A stretch of 64,000 nucleotides of DNA from Neophaeotheca triangularis (lineage: Eukaryota). Positions 1 through 13,200 of the stretch are shown in pieces (within the stretch, counting starts at the first letter, position 1; every line of letters starts with the position of its first letter). The stretch lies in NCBI GenBank assembly GCA_054600435.1, contig BAAIJX010000038.1:1-64000 (forward strand), in the 5' to 3' direction. A model generated the notes under the pieces. The model was not told where the DNA came from, searched no databases, and saw only the letters and a list, made by a program, of their open reading frames with translations. The translations under genes and the position numbers were made by a program.

Positions 1-119
1 CTTAACCCTAACCCTAACCCTAACCCTAACCCTAACCCTAACCCTAACCCTAACCCTAACCCTAACCCTAACCCTAACCCTAACCCTAACCCTAACCCTA
101 ACCCTAACCCTAACCCTAA
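1..119. repeat. Telomeric repeat array (CCCTAA)n / (TTAGGG)n, about 20 units, chromosome end
   Basis: CCCTAA tandem array from the contig start to 119. The first partial unit reads CTTAA. Confidence 0.99.
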
Positions 120-445
120 AATTTACTAGACCTTAACTAGTAGTTTCTATAGGTCTCTATAGATATACTAGAGCTTATAAAACTATCTAGAAGTCTATAG
201 AAACTTCCTATTATCTTTTATATCTAATTCTTCCTACAACCCTCTTATAAAAAGTATTACTAGGATTTATAGAGAGTTCTATAGATTTACGTTAGATACT
301 AGCTCATTTTCTATAGACTCTATAAACCCTATAGATCCTAGGAAAACTAACTAGAAGTCCTAGAAAACTTCCTAGCTCTTATAAAAACTAATTTTCTTAA
401 TTTTGCCGGTAAAACAGAGTTATACTATTAGAGTGGTTATACTAG
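120..445. repeat. Telomere-adjacent AT-rich, RIP-like degenerate repeat block
   Basis: Very TpA-rich and CpA/TpG-poor, with recurrent CTATAG/CTAG/TTCCTA words and no ORF. Confidence 0.7.
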
Positions 446-2051
446 GCGTAGGCACGACCGTCGAAATGGTTCCATTTAAGCTAGGTGATGACCTCGGACA
501 AGGTCAACAAGAACGAGGAAGTAGCAATTGTTGAGAGAAAAGAGATGACAACGTTAGGCGAAAAAGCGAGGTTCTAGTCTGCAAGTGGCTTGTCCTGCTC
601 GTACAGAAGTACACCGACAATTGCCACTATACATAGTAAGCTGAAGATATAGGCACAAAACTCGAGCCACTATGCTGCAGCGGCATCTCGCTAGCGACCT
701 CGGCGATTCCGAGGCCTGTCGTCGGGATTCCTTCCACGTGCGCGCTAGCGTGGATCTTTAAGGCAGCAGAGTTAGGGTCAAGTTGCTAGGCGTTCGTCGT
801 GTCCTCGTCGGAAGAACACATGCATTCATCTTCCGTAGAGGCACTCATGGGTAGGTTAGAAGATAGGTTGGGTTCGGGTAGATCATTATGACCCCCGTCT
901 AGTTCACGAGGCGTGATCGCAGTGTAGTTATGCGCGTGTCGAGTAGCTTGTAGGACGTTGATCCCAGCTCGCGCGAGATCATGTCTTAGTTAGAGGACAG
1001 AGGTAGGCTGAGGTGCGTCGTCTCTAGTTTGCGAGGCTGCGCGGGAGCTTGTAGAGGATGGCCGAGTAGATTCGGAAGGAGACTCGCGTTGGTCGTTATT
1101 ACCAGAAATCGCTACCGGCCAAGATGGCATGATGATTAGACAAGCGCGTGGACGTAAATGTCGAGTGGTAGATAGGAAGAGGAAAATTGTGACAGATGGA
1201 TAGCATGAGGAAGCGGATGTACGAGCACACAAACTAGTACCCCACCTGTCTTTTGTCAAGGGTATATACCGCGTGTGCCTTCTTCACCGGTCGTTTCGGT
1301 CATTGTGGACAGCTTAACGATCGGACCAGTCATTTTCATGTATCGTTAGAGGATTGAGCTGTGAATGGGATTTACTGCTTAGCTGACAGCAACTTGGTGG
1401 CTGCACGTAAGTACGTACCTGTAGACGTAGCTCAGCCCCGGAAACTTTTGAGTAGACTAGCCCTCGATCATGATGATAGAAGCTGTCGGAGAGGAATATG
1501 TAACGAGACACATCACGCCCTCTAGGACTATTATCCGGAGTACCTCCTGTTACGAATCATAATTAGTCAGGACGCTAGAGGTAGAATAGCGGATGACCGA
1601 AAATGCGCTGACCGTCTCGAGCTCACCGGGCCTCGACGCCTAGTATTGTCATTAGATTTTCAGGCTGTGATATGTGTAGGGTGAGTAGGCACGTAAGCCC
1701 AACCCTATAGCTAGGTTAGCTACACATAGCGCCCGACGGATTTAGTGAGTATCGCGTGATGAGAATGGGGTCGTGTCGAGCTTCAGGGTCATCTTATCGT
1801 GAGAGCGGGTTTGTCGCACCACTTTTCGCTTTACCCGTAAGGGTAGCAGTCTTACGTCCGCTTAAACATAGTGGAGGCTCTCCCTTCCTAGTATAGTCGT
1901 CTCATTCAACCCCTCGGTCACCTAGGCTATCGATAATAGTGATTCGGTTCTCTCCTTTGTTTTAATCGTCGGTAGACCAAGGCTAGGTGAAGTGGCGGCT
2001 GACGGCGCTACGAGATGAAGGTGAGCAAGAAATACAAACATGACAGTGGTA

Positions 2052-4464
2052 TTAGTCGGCTTGCGGAGACAAAACCCCAGCTTTGTATAGCTTCTTCTCG
2101 ACGGCGTGTTCCCACGCTACTATACCGCCAACTACCTCCGTCAGTTTCCCGCCTTGAAGCTTGTAAACGAGACGCCTCCGATCACATTCCCTTTCTTCTC
2201 CTTGTTCGTCCGTGGCTTCGTCATCGCTTGCTTCAGGATCGACGGGATCATTCTCGACAATTGTCTTTACCATGAATCGATCATGCGATATGAGCAAAAC
2301 AGCTCCGTTCCAAGTCTGCAGCATTCTTGCGAGACCTGCTACCGTAGCGAGGTCTAGATGTGTGCTCGGTTCGTCGAGAATCAATACGTGGGGTGGATCT
2401 AGGAAAAGTAGGGCCAGGGCTAATTGCACGAGCTGACCTCCGGAGAGTTTGGCGAGGGGAGTGTCTGAAACCGTGCGCCCGACTAATCCGACACCAGCGA
2501 GCAGCTTGCGCAAATCTTGCTCATCCGTTGAGGCTGAGATGTCTCGATCGCTAGCGGTGTTGGCCAGCAAGGAGAGCGCGGTCAAAGCGGGTTCTGTCCT
2601 CCCTTGCACCGCAAGATCATCTACAGCATGTTGCGAGTAAAAGCCGGTCTTCAGCCTCGGATACGTCTGTAGGATTCCTGTCGTGGGCTTAAGGGTACCT
2701 GTGAGTAGCTGTACCAGCGTTGTCTTGCCCGCACCGTTCAACCCCACCAAGCCAATTCGGTCACCAGGATGGACGGTCAAGTCGATCTCTCGCAGCGTTG
2801 GCTTCGATGCCTTTGGGTAGCGAAACGAGACGTTCTCCAGTGACATTAGTGAGCTTCGAAATCGCATGTCCGGGGCTGGAGGAAAACGCAATGACACGAT
2901 GCCCTCTTCTTTCGGCACTAGGATCTCGTCTCGCCTGTTCTCATGCCAGCCCATGAGGTCTCTATTGAGCTTGAAACGGCCGCCATTCGCGGAGACTTGG
3001 AGCCCCATGCGCTCGTCTAGCTTCTTCTGCCGACTCTTCGCCTGGCGGAGCTTGCTATCGTCTCCCGTCTTTTTCCCTTGTTGCATGGTATTGGCCACCG
3101 TCTTTGTCATATGAGCGGCTTGGCGCTCCTGAGCCTCTTTCATGCGAGTCATGCGAAGAACCTCTCGCTTCATCGACTTTTCATACGAGTCGATATTGCC
3201 CTGGAAGTACGACAATTGCTTATCGCGTAAGATGATGAGCTCATCGCAGGTAGTGTTGACAAAGTCCCGATCATGAGACACCAAGACAACGGCGGTGCTT
3301 TCGGAAGTGTCTTGCAGCTTTTCCAAGTAGTCTTGTAGCCACAGCATACCAAACATGTCGAGGAAATTGGTTGGCTCATCCAGGATCAAGACGTCGGCTG
3401 AGGGCAGCAATGCCGCAGCAAGTTGGCAACGCATACGCCATCCTCCAGATAGCGTCCTGACTTTGGCGTCCATGAGATCTTCAGAGAATCCGAGGCCGGC
3501 GAGAATCGAGACAGCTTTGGCTTCGAGATCTACCGAGGGCACATGGTCGAGTTCGCCCTGAAGGCGGGTTTGTAGGCTTAAAGCTTTCTGCGTTTCATCC
3601 TCGGCTGTTCCGGTCTCGTCGTGGATATCCAAAGCTTCCAGTTTCAGCCTTGCCTCTTCGGTCGTCTTTTCGTGAGCACGGAGAAGCTTTCTGGCATCAA
3701 ACCCTCTAGCCCCGCTACGAAGTCTGGCGATCTTGTCGGCAGCAAACAGCTCTTCTCGTGCTCTGTCCAGTTCTATCTCTCTGAGACATTTCGTCAAATT
3801 GAGACTCTCCGACCCTTGCAATGCTTCGGTCAGGGCTGTCGCGTGTCAGCGAGTTTCCTATGGCTCGGGTGAAAAGACCGGAGACCCACCAGCGAGCTCT
3901 CCCTCCACCCTGTTCCGCCACCGGTCGCTTCTGGCGACATACTCGCGCACAGTTGACTCTCCATCTAGGGTCTTGGAGTCCCATCTGCCAGTGAAGCTCT
4001 GTGAGTCCATCTGCCTCATGGCTGTAATGCGAACATTGGAAGGTAGGGCGGGTATCAGCTTTTCGGCGAGCGATGTGAGGAGAGCTTTGAGACGGTCAAC
4101 ACACCATACGTGAGCCATTTGTGAGCCAGATGTGCGAGGACTCACTCGATTTGCCACTCCCATTGCGACCGATCAGCCCGTAGCGGCCGCCGCTTTTGAT
4201 GCGGAGGTGGGCTCCGTTCAGAATCTCCAGCACAGCCGTGCGTGCCTTCAGATTCTTGGGTTTAGAGGAGGATGCATCGTTATCTTCACGACTGAGAAGA
4301 CCGATGTTGAGGTCTTGCACATCTATCTACTACGGAGTAAGTACATTCTTCCGGCTGCGTTTAGAGTACAACGGTACGCTTACCTCTCTACTGAGGTTGT
4401 TATCGGCAATGTGGAATCTCGTTTGCTGACAAGAGACTTGAATCGAGCCGGACATTGATGCCAT
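2052..4464 (-). CDS. ABC-F family ATPase (two NBDs, no TM domains), 4 exons
   Basis: ATG at 4464 (MASMSGSIQVSCQQTRFHI). Three GT-AG introns at 4383-4327, ~4145-4085 and ~3888-3836 join Walker A GRNGSGKS, signature LSGGWRMR, Walker B LILDEPTN, and a second NBD (GLNGAGKT, LSGGQ, LILDEPSTHLD). Confidence 0.9.
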
Positions 4465-5600
4465 GTTCCCCAGTAATCAGCAGTTGTGCACCGGGCGCAT
4501 GTTGCGGATGACATGTCTCTTGGGAAGTTTTTATAAGATGCGTAAGGTAGATACTTTGAGAAGGGTTCTTGCGGGAGATGAACCTTAAGTCTACAGTACG
4601 TTATACGAGGTGAATCATTGATGAGTCAGGCTCGATCGGTCGGTCTCCTCGGGCTTCGACTAAAACCAAACCTTGGCTGAGCCTTTTCTTTGCCATTTTT
4701 CGTCCATCGTTGCCTACTTTGTATGTTGGCCATTTCAATCTGGTTAGTCGAACGGCTGTAGAGATTCACATAGATGACTAACTTGTGCGACTCTTTTCAA
4801 CGCAGCGTGGTCTAAGTCTCGAGCCACGGGCGCCTCGCATTACGCTTTCGACACGCAGACACTTTGTCACGAGGGGGGATACTGACTGGCCTCATGGCTT
4901 GCATGTCAAGGTCTTATCAGGTCGAACCCATCGTGCCAACGACATCTCCTTAAGCTAGCGCCTTCGTCGACCCAATGCTTAGGCGCATACACATCTCAAT
5001 CAGCCCGCCTAAGATTGGCCAATTTCTTATCTCTTAGGTTCTCGAGACGCCGGATCAGGACCGCCATCGCTGCTGTATCGTATAGACCCTCGCTCCTTAG
5101 ACACTCGAGCAGTGACCTGGACGCTCTCGCCTCGAACAGTGTTGTCGACGCATGTGAGAAGAACAACGCAGAGCACCACTACTACACCCGTCAGGCGTAA
5201 CGCCCGTAACCCGGCTGCGGCTGTCTCGTTTTTGCTTTAGTCTCGAACCTTGCTCGGACATGGTAACGATTCTCTTAGCTGCGAGATCAAGGGAGCGCAA
5301 AATCTTGTGGGCTACGTACGCAACTGTAGAAGCAAGTGGCATTCCGGCCACGCCGTGCACGCCTTACGCGCAGCAAGCACGGCAAAATGCTTGCCACACG
5401 GTGAAGGTGCTCGGTGAAGCTTGTGTAAAAGCAAAAAGTCACGACAACATTATCACAGTCTTAATAGATAGCGCTAGTAGAAGGTGCGTGTACAGGGCAA
5501 TCCCTACGTACGTCCACTTGCCATCAATAATGGTTTTACTCCTCAATTGATCTACCGTAGATGTCCACTCTTATTCCACTGTTCCCCGGTTCAAGCCCGC

Positions 5601-6557
5601 TTAGTAAGCAATGGGCCAGCCATTGTCGTAACGGATGAGGTTTATGCCGAGTTGGGCAGTACCAGCGGCGTTGTAATAATGATAGACGAGTACGTCAGCA
5701 TCATTGTCTGTAAACACAGCAGGGTGGCCAGGTCCGTGAATTCTACCGTGGCTAGCAAGAATCTGGGTGCCACCGCCTTCCATCATAGATCTGCCAGCCT
5801 GGTCGACGTAAGGGCCTGTGATCCGGGAAGAGCGGCCAACCATAGTGCGGTAAGTACTATCGACTCCTTTGCAGCAGCTATCAAACGCAACCCAGAGATA
5901 GAAGTAGTTGCCATGCTTGGTAATGTAAGGGGCCTCGACGGCACCACCGTTGTTGGGACGAGCAGCGATAGAGATCAGATTGTTCTGGTTGATAGGCTTG
6001 CCAGTCGAAGGACTCAGTTCCACAAGCTTGAGGCCACCCCAGAAAGAGCCGAACGAAAGCCACCATTTGCCGTCGGTGACTAAGAGATTGGGATCGATAG
6101 CATTATAGTTGCTTCTATCAGAAGATTCGACAACGAGACCGAGGTTTGTCCATGAGCCCGAGGCACCGGTCGGACTCGTGGCGACGAAGATTGCAGACCG
6201 AGATGTACCGAAGCTAGAAGCCGAGTAGTACATGTAGTATTGACCGTTGTGGTAGGAGAGGTCAGGCGCCCACAGGTTCCTGTCGCCGTGGGTATAGGTA
6301 GTCGTCCAAGCAGCGCCATTGGGAAACGCAGCACCGATATCCTTCCAAGTAGTGCGATCGGTAGACGTCTTGAGACCGATGCCATCCGCTGTGAAAGCAG
6401 CAAGATAGGTTCCATCGGGTCTTTTGACCACTGTTGGGTCGTGAATGAAGGTGTCACCGTTGACTGGGCCAGGGTTGACAGCTCGCTTCTCGAGATACGA
6501 TGCTATTGTACCCGTAGCAAGGATGCAGCCAGTGAGGAGTTTTCGTAGGGACACCAT
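5601..6557 (-). CDS. abnA: Secreted GH43 endo-1,5-alpha-L-arabinanase
   Basis: Signal peptide followed by a KR site; GH43 motifs IHDPT, LWAPD, YNAIDPN, SFGSFW, VEAPYI, GPGH; no introns. Confidence 0.92.
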   Translation of the reverse strand: MVSLRKLLTGCILATGTIASYLEKRAVNPGPVNGDTFIHDPTVVKRPDGTYLAAFTADGIGLKTSTDRTTWKDIGAAFPNGAAWTTTYTHGDRNLWAPDLSYHNGQYYMYYSASSFGTSRSAIFVATSPTGASGSWTNLGLVVESSDRSNYNAIDPNLLVTDGKWWLSFGSFWGGLKLVELSPSTGKPINQNNLISIAARPNNGGAVEAPYITKHGNYFYLWVAFDSCCKGVDSTYRTMVGRSSRITGPYVDQAGRSMMEGGGTQILASHGRIHGPGHPAVFTDNDADVLVYHYYNAAGTAQLGINLIRYDNGWPIAY

Positions 6558-8305
6558 TGGGAGATATTTATCGGATGTTCGTCTTGGATTATTGTGATAA
6601 AGGACTGTTGCTGGGTCGAAGTGATTGATGCGAGATAAGCGGCATGTTCACGACCTTTTGTAGAATTGCTTCCCTCTCTATGACCATTCATGCTAGCCTT
6701 GGAATTCCGGAGTGAGGCTGTCTTTCCATGGCAAGGGTCAGGACAATTTTGAGATGCTAGCTCACGTATGGATGTTTCGAGTAAACCGGTCGCTGTTTAT
6801 CTCGGAATCTCCCAATTCATGAGCTTGCCAGCTAGCGCGGATCCACATCACGTGCACGGGTACAAAGCTCGAGCGAGGTGTCTAAGTAGGAGACAAGTCG
6901 CTGTAACACTAAAGATGGGGCGGACCGCGTTACAACTCGTCCTGGCAAGTTTCACCGATGAGGCATGAACAGACTAACGGACTATCAGCGTTAAAGCTTT
7001 GATCGCCTCAGCTTTCTAGATAGATTATGCAGGAGGGATTGACGCGGCGATGGAGAGGTAGAGGTAGAGAGAAGTTTATATGCTATGCTATAGTTAGGGG
7101 CCGAGTAGCGCACGCTTCTACAAAGAGGGAGCTAGCGGTCTCATGGGCTACCCAGCATACGAACGGTATCGGGTACAACCGAGATTACAAGCAAGGGCGG
7201 CGTGGGTTTGCTATTCGATGCTGTGTTTGCTGCCCTTGTGCTAATAACGTTCCGGTACTGTCGTCGCCCGCTGTCACGTAACTATCGCACTGCTGTTTAG
7301 TAGTCGCGTACTCGAGACACTATGGTCTGGCCTCGCCTCACTAGATGCGCCGAATGCTTTACACCGAGCGTTAGTAATCCGAGGAATAAGCTCGTGTAGG
7401 ATCGCTATTTGACATGGATTCATGTACAATCATTACAAAGAAAATGGATAACTTCGATACCGCTTGCCGACACGTCCTACAGCCACTTTTCACCCACGAT
7501 GTGCCCTTTATCGGAGCTTTCTACGGGAATCTGGCCTTTCGTACATCAATTGTGACAATGCTCAAGCTTGCACGACTACTAACGCTGGCTGGGCTGGATG
7601 GCGATTGGCTTTGTCGTATGCTAGCACTCCCGTCTGACTTACAGTAGTAGTACGAGACTTGGGCAGTAGTAGTGGCTAAGTAAACGAGCTGGCGAATAGG
7701 CCGTTACGAGAAAGTCGATAACTGACAACATGTTGCAACGTCAGCTTACGTCTTAGGCCTACTAAGTAAGATGTAATGATATAGTACGGTCGTGGTCATA
7801 AATCCTTAAAGGATGCCAGCTCATAAACGTGGCTGCTGACCGAGCGGGGCGCAGCTTGGGAACAAACGATCCCGCCTTTCAGCAGGCGGCTTGTACAGAT
7901 CATAGTATACCTAGGTGGTATTGTTGTCCTCGTCTCCTTTAGTGCAGCTTCTGAGTGGTGCCTTCGCATCTTCAAGGTGGTTCGCGTCTCGCAAGGCGTA
8001 CTTGACTCGGATGCTTACAAGCAAACTTGGTCGTTCGCAGGCTGCATTACGGCCCGGTGAGAATCTACTCAGCCATACTCGGGGTGCAAACGACCACGAA
8101 TGCTGTACTACCCGGTCGAGGATGCTCTGTTTCCGTTGTCGGGTTCGCAATGACCCGCGAAGATACTACGCAGCTGCGCTCGAGAAGGATTGAGAAGGCT
8201 AGAGACCTAGCAGTCATATAAAGCAGTGTCGCAGTGCTGACCGTCGCCCATGTTCCTCATCTTTCCCGTCAATGACAATCACAATACACTGAGTAACCTA
8301 TCACG

Positions 8306-10114
8306 ATGCATTCATTACAACTCGCTTTCGGCTTCTTGCACTTCTCGTTCGTGGCGGCCAGCTCCCCTCGCCACCCTGCTCTCGAGAGAAGGCAGATTGA
8401 TGCCAGCTTCGACTGGTCGACGGTGATTCCAAGCCGCGAGTTGCAGTACTATGACTGCTACGATGGCTACAAATGCGCTCGATTGCAGGTACCTCTGGAC
8501 TGGACCGACGGTAACACAACGACCGCCAACAACTCCTCTCGATCTGCTGTAATTAGTATCGTCACCCTCCCGGCAACTGTTCCAGCAACGGTCCATCTTT
8601 CGGCGGAACTATCCTCATAAACCCCGGGGGACCAAGCGGTTCTGGGACTCAGGAAACCATTGCGATGGGACATTACTTGCAAAGTGTCGTCGATGGCGAG
8701 CGACACTACGAAATCCTCGGTTTCGACCCGCGGGGCGTGGCTCTCAGCACCCCACAGGCCAACTGCTACGACAGTGAGCTATCCCGTATAGCAGACGCGG
8801 TACTGAGAGAGGGCTTGCCTCCGGCTGTAACGTCCGACGGATTGAGCTGGGTGTACCAGGCATCAAAAGGTTACGGCGAGCTTTGCGCGGACTTTGGAGA
8901 CGATAGCAACATGTCTACCGCCTCAGTGGCGCGAGACATGCTCGAAATTGTCGATCGAGTCGCTGATGAGCGGCACAATTCTTCAGCGGCTCCCGATTCC
9001 GGCCTTCCAAAACTGCAGTATATTGGTTTCTCGTACGGCACTGTTCTTGGAAACACTTTTGCGTCTATGTTTCCGGAGAGAGTCGGCAAGATGGTGCTTG
9101 ATGGTGCGGTCAATATCGGGGACTACACTAGAGGAGTGAGCCTAGCCAAATGTCTGTATGTGGTCGCAACGAATTCAGCTAACACAACGACAGGACTGGT
9201 CTGAAAATCTCAACGACGCTGAGATAGTCGTCGCCCACTTTTACCAGACCTGTTTTGATGCCGGAGACGATTGCAGTCTGAAGCAACCGACCGACACTTG
9301 CGCGGACGACATCAAACGGCGTGTAGACGATTTCATTGCTTCGTTGATGGAATCTCCCATCTCCGTGGTAGTTGACGGCCGCATTCGCTTGGTCAAGTCA
9401 TTCCTGGTACAAGACGCCATCCGAACATGTCTCTACCAACCCCTCCAAACATTCTCAACACTATCTACGATCTTGGCCCAGGCGTTGGACGGCGACTACG
9501 AATTGCTTTTGCAGTACGCAGAAGCCTCCTTTAGCCTCGACGATACTTGCACCACGAACAGGACCGGGCCGTTCCCTCAGGCAGACTTCACCTGGCAAGA
9601 CTATACTTGGAGCAACGAAGCCGGTCTAGGCGTTCTCTGCGGAGATTCGGCTTACGATACTCGCGAGCGCAACGAGTCCTGGGCCCAAGGCATTGTCGAT
9701 TTCCTTGACAACCAGTCCCCGACCACTGGTGAATCCTGGGCTCGAATTCCGCTTGCTTGCGCTGGCTGGGAGTATCAACCCAAGTTCACGTTTCGGGGAC
9801 CCTTTGGATCAACGTCTTTGGGAAAGTCTCAGTCGCATGAAGATTATCCACCGAAGCTGCTCATCTTGTCAACTCGCTACGACCCCGTTGCTCCCTTGGT
9901 GAATGCCGAGGGTATCCAACAGCAATTTCCAGGCTCAGGACTCGTGGTTCAAGAATCCCTTGGGCACTGTGCACTGTTGGCTTCGAAGAGCAACTGCACG
10001 CAGGAATTTGTTCGGGCTTACTTTAACAAAGGCGAGGTTCCGGATGGCAGCGCGACGTGTCAGGAAGATTGCTCACCTAGTATTCCATACGAGGCTTGCT
10101 CGGGATTTCTTTGA
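8306..10114 (+). pseudogene. Secreted TAP-like alpha/beta hydrolase (tripeptidyl aminopeptidase-like) with a 1-nt frameshift near 8591
   Basis: Signal peptide and CARLQVPLDW. After a frame change come NPGGPSGSG, GFDPRGV, STASVARDM, the nucleophile motif GFSYG, intron 9137-9193, and C-terminal YDPVAP...GHC. Could also be an assembly error. Confidence 0.8.
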
Positions 10115-11535
10115 AATCAGTATGGCCGATCAATGGCGGCTTTTGAGGGAGGGGAGGAATTCAGTGAGACAGGAAGCCAAGCAAAGTCTTGTATGTAGTC
10201 ACGGGAGTCTGGAAAGGCTGTGGAGTAGGAGAGATAACCTGGCATGACTCGACGTGCTTTACCCCGTGGTAGACTTGTTATTATTATACCTGTCTAACGT
10301 TGAGTCTAGACCATGGAGTTGTTATAGTAGTGGAACCAGGTGTTGTTTGACATATGCCGCCCGTGTAACTAGGTTACCTTAGGTTAGGTAGGAATTCATT
10401 GCTCTCGGCCCCAGACCCGGATTCCCCCACTGAGCTTCACCGGACCCCGCCCACTCACGTGCCCGCCCCTTCAGAGCACGCTCCGTACACGTGTCAATGC
10501 ACGTGTTACTGTAGGTACTCGCCAGTCACTCATGCCTCAGGTTGACTGAGCATCAACTCGACTCGTCTCGACTTCAGCCTCGGCGATGACAACCCAAGAT
10601 TGTACCTAGGTATGAATTTCTTGGTTGCAGGCTCGGTAGATGGCTTGCTGCTTCTTCTACCACCAACTGCCGCATTATTCTTGTTCAGACAACACGTCTA
10701 CCTCAAGTTCAATCTCTTCTACCTACACATCCACCTCTGCTTCAGGCTAAAGAGAGACATGCTTAACTTTGCTTACTGCTGATTGCATCTGGGCAGGCAG
10801 TATGGTGGCCTCGATGATAATATTACATACCCCATATCTCTCCTCGCTCTCCGGATGAAGCCTTTCCAGAGTCCCCACTGCTGGATCCTCCCCCCTTCCC
10901 CCAACTTCCAAGGTCTGGGCTACGACTAGTAGTGCGGGGGATCCACTTCTGCCAATATAAACAGAGATATCAACTGCAGCGCCCAGCCCACGCCGCGTGC
11001 CATCGCATGCCCGGCCATGATGAAAATGAGATCCGTCCGTCCTTGACCAAGGCGCTATCTTCTTTTCTCGCTTACGTACCAAGGATCTAGCGCGGCGCAG
11101 ACCAAAGCCAATGCCGCGTTCTCATTGCTCGTGGCAAGCCTCGCCGTGCTTTGCCAACCTAACTCCTTCCTCCTTCTGGTATACCAAGCCCGTCTCTATG
11201 ATGCGTTCGTCCGAGCCTTGGTTTCGAGTGCTTGCTCCAGAGTCGCGCCTCTCCTTCTGTGCGGCGCTGGCTGTCTGTGACTCTGCCATACCTCTAGCCC
11301 CGGCCTCTGTGGGGTTCCCCAGGACGGCTTGTTGTCGTTGAGCATCATCTTGGCCACCGTGCTCTCGCCCTGCCCACGGGGCAAGGGAAGTACGCTCAAA
11401 TTAGACTGTCTCTTGGTAGCTTGGGGGAGCTTCTCAATCTGGGTACAAAGGGTGCGATAGCCCTCCCAACACCTCAATCTTCACTCTTCGTCGAAAAACC
11501 CTTGTCCCAATCTTTACGCTGCACTTTCAGCAGTC

Positions 11536-13200
11536 ATGAACAGCAACACGCCCGACTCTGGGTCAAGGACCCCGCCAGGAGATCGCAAATTCGTTGAGCA
11601 ACCGCCAGGTCTCGTGCCCCCGAACGAGAAGAGCGAGCAGCAAGTGATAGAAAATGTCAACGATCAAATTCCAAGCGTGGTGTCACCAGAGATGGAGAGG
11701 AAATTGCTGTGGAAGCTGGACATCCGCATCATTCCCGTTGTCATGTGGATCTATTTGATGAACTTCATGGATCGCGGTGAGTCGCGAGAACGCATAGCGC
11801 GCCAACACGAGCGACATATAACTAACTTCCTGCAGTGTCTATCGGAAACGCTCGCCTGTTCGGAATGGAAGAGGATCTGGGTATGGACCCGGAAAGCAAT
11901 CAATTCCAGCTGTCCGTCTCCATCCTCTTTGTGACCTACTGTGTACGTCGCCAGTGCTTCATTTCTATTCTCAGCAAGCATGCGCTAACGACCGACGTAA
12001 CAGTTGTTCGAGACACCATCAAACATGATCATCAAGAAGCTCCAGCCAGCGCGATACCTTGCCGGCCTTACCTTTTTCTGGGGTGTAACGGCCATGTGCA
12101 CGGCGTTTGTCAACAACTACGCCGCTCTGATTGCCTGTCGGTTGCTGCTAGGAGTCTTCGAGGCCGGTTTCTTCCCCGGTGTCGTCATATATCTTTCCAT
12201 GTTCTACAACAGGAAGTCCGTCGCTCTGCGCCAGGCCTACTTTTACGGCACTTCCGCCATCGCCGGCGGTGTTGGTGGTTTGGTGGCTTACGCCATCGGA
12301 GAGATCGACGGCGCCGCGGGCTGGAGGGCGTGGCGCTGGATCCTACTCATCAACGGCATCCCGACAATCTTGACCGCTTTCGTCGTGCCCTTCATCCTTC
12401 CAAACTCCCCTGGATCGGCGAGCTTCCTCACTGACCAAGAGAAGGCTGATCTCGTTCTTCTTCGCGAAGCGGAAGTTGGACAGACAAAGTCTGGACAGCA
12501 CTTGACAAAAGAGGATGTCAAGGCTGGCGCAAAAGACTGGAAGACTTATGCTTTCGCCATCGCTCAATTCGTCGGACTGGGTATGCTCTACAGCTTCAGT
12601 GTCTTTCTGCCCACCATCATCAACGGACTCGGTGCTGGGTGGTCTCGTCAGACTGTCCAGGCACTCACCGTCCCTGTCTACATCAGCGGCTTCATCGTTT
12701 ACATCGGCTCCGCATACTGGAGTGACAAGACTCAGCAACGCGGTCTCTTCTGCATGGGTGGATTCGCTGTCTGCATCGTTGGGTACGCCTTCCTCCTTGC
12801 CAACGCAGGCGTTGGCTTGAGCTTTGCGGGCACATTCATTGTCGCTATGGGGCTCTGGGTTTCCACCGGCCTCGCCTTCTCCTGGGTAAGCGCCAATTGC
12901 CCACGCTATGGCAAACGAGCCTTCGCAAGCGGTATGCAAATTACCATTGGTAACTCGGCTGGTGTTGCCGCGCCATTCTTGTATGCTTCCGAGACCGGGC
13001 CGGAATACATTCCCGGCTATAGCGCGACCATAGCATTGCTTGCGCTCGGAGGTGCCATTTACCTTGTACTGCACCTTTGGTTCAAGGCGCGGAACAAGAA
13101 GAAGACGTCGGGCGCTGAGGATTGGCGGATCGAGGGGCTTAGTGAGGAGGAAATCAAAGAGTTAGGCGAGTTCAACCCGAGATACCTCTACACCACTTGA
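11536..13200 (+). CDS. MFS transporter, anion:cation symporter (Dal5/Tna1-like) family
   Basis: Motifs KLDIRIIP, NFMDR, GNARL, RLLLGVFEAGFFPG and WRW; about 12 hydrophobic segments; introns 11777-11835 and 11943-12003. Confidence 0.92.

Noticed and set aside
627..1259. Minus-strand frame continuing through TAA (990) and TAG (786), as if a RIP-disrupted gene
   Set aside because: No recognisable domain, and the stop density is compatible with chance.
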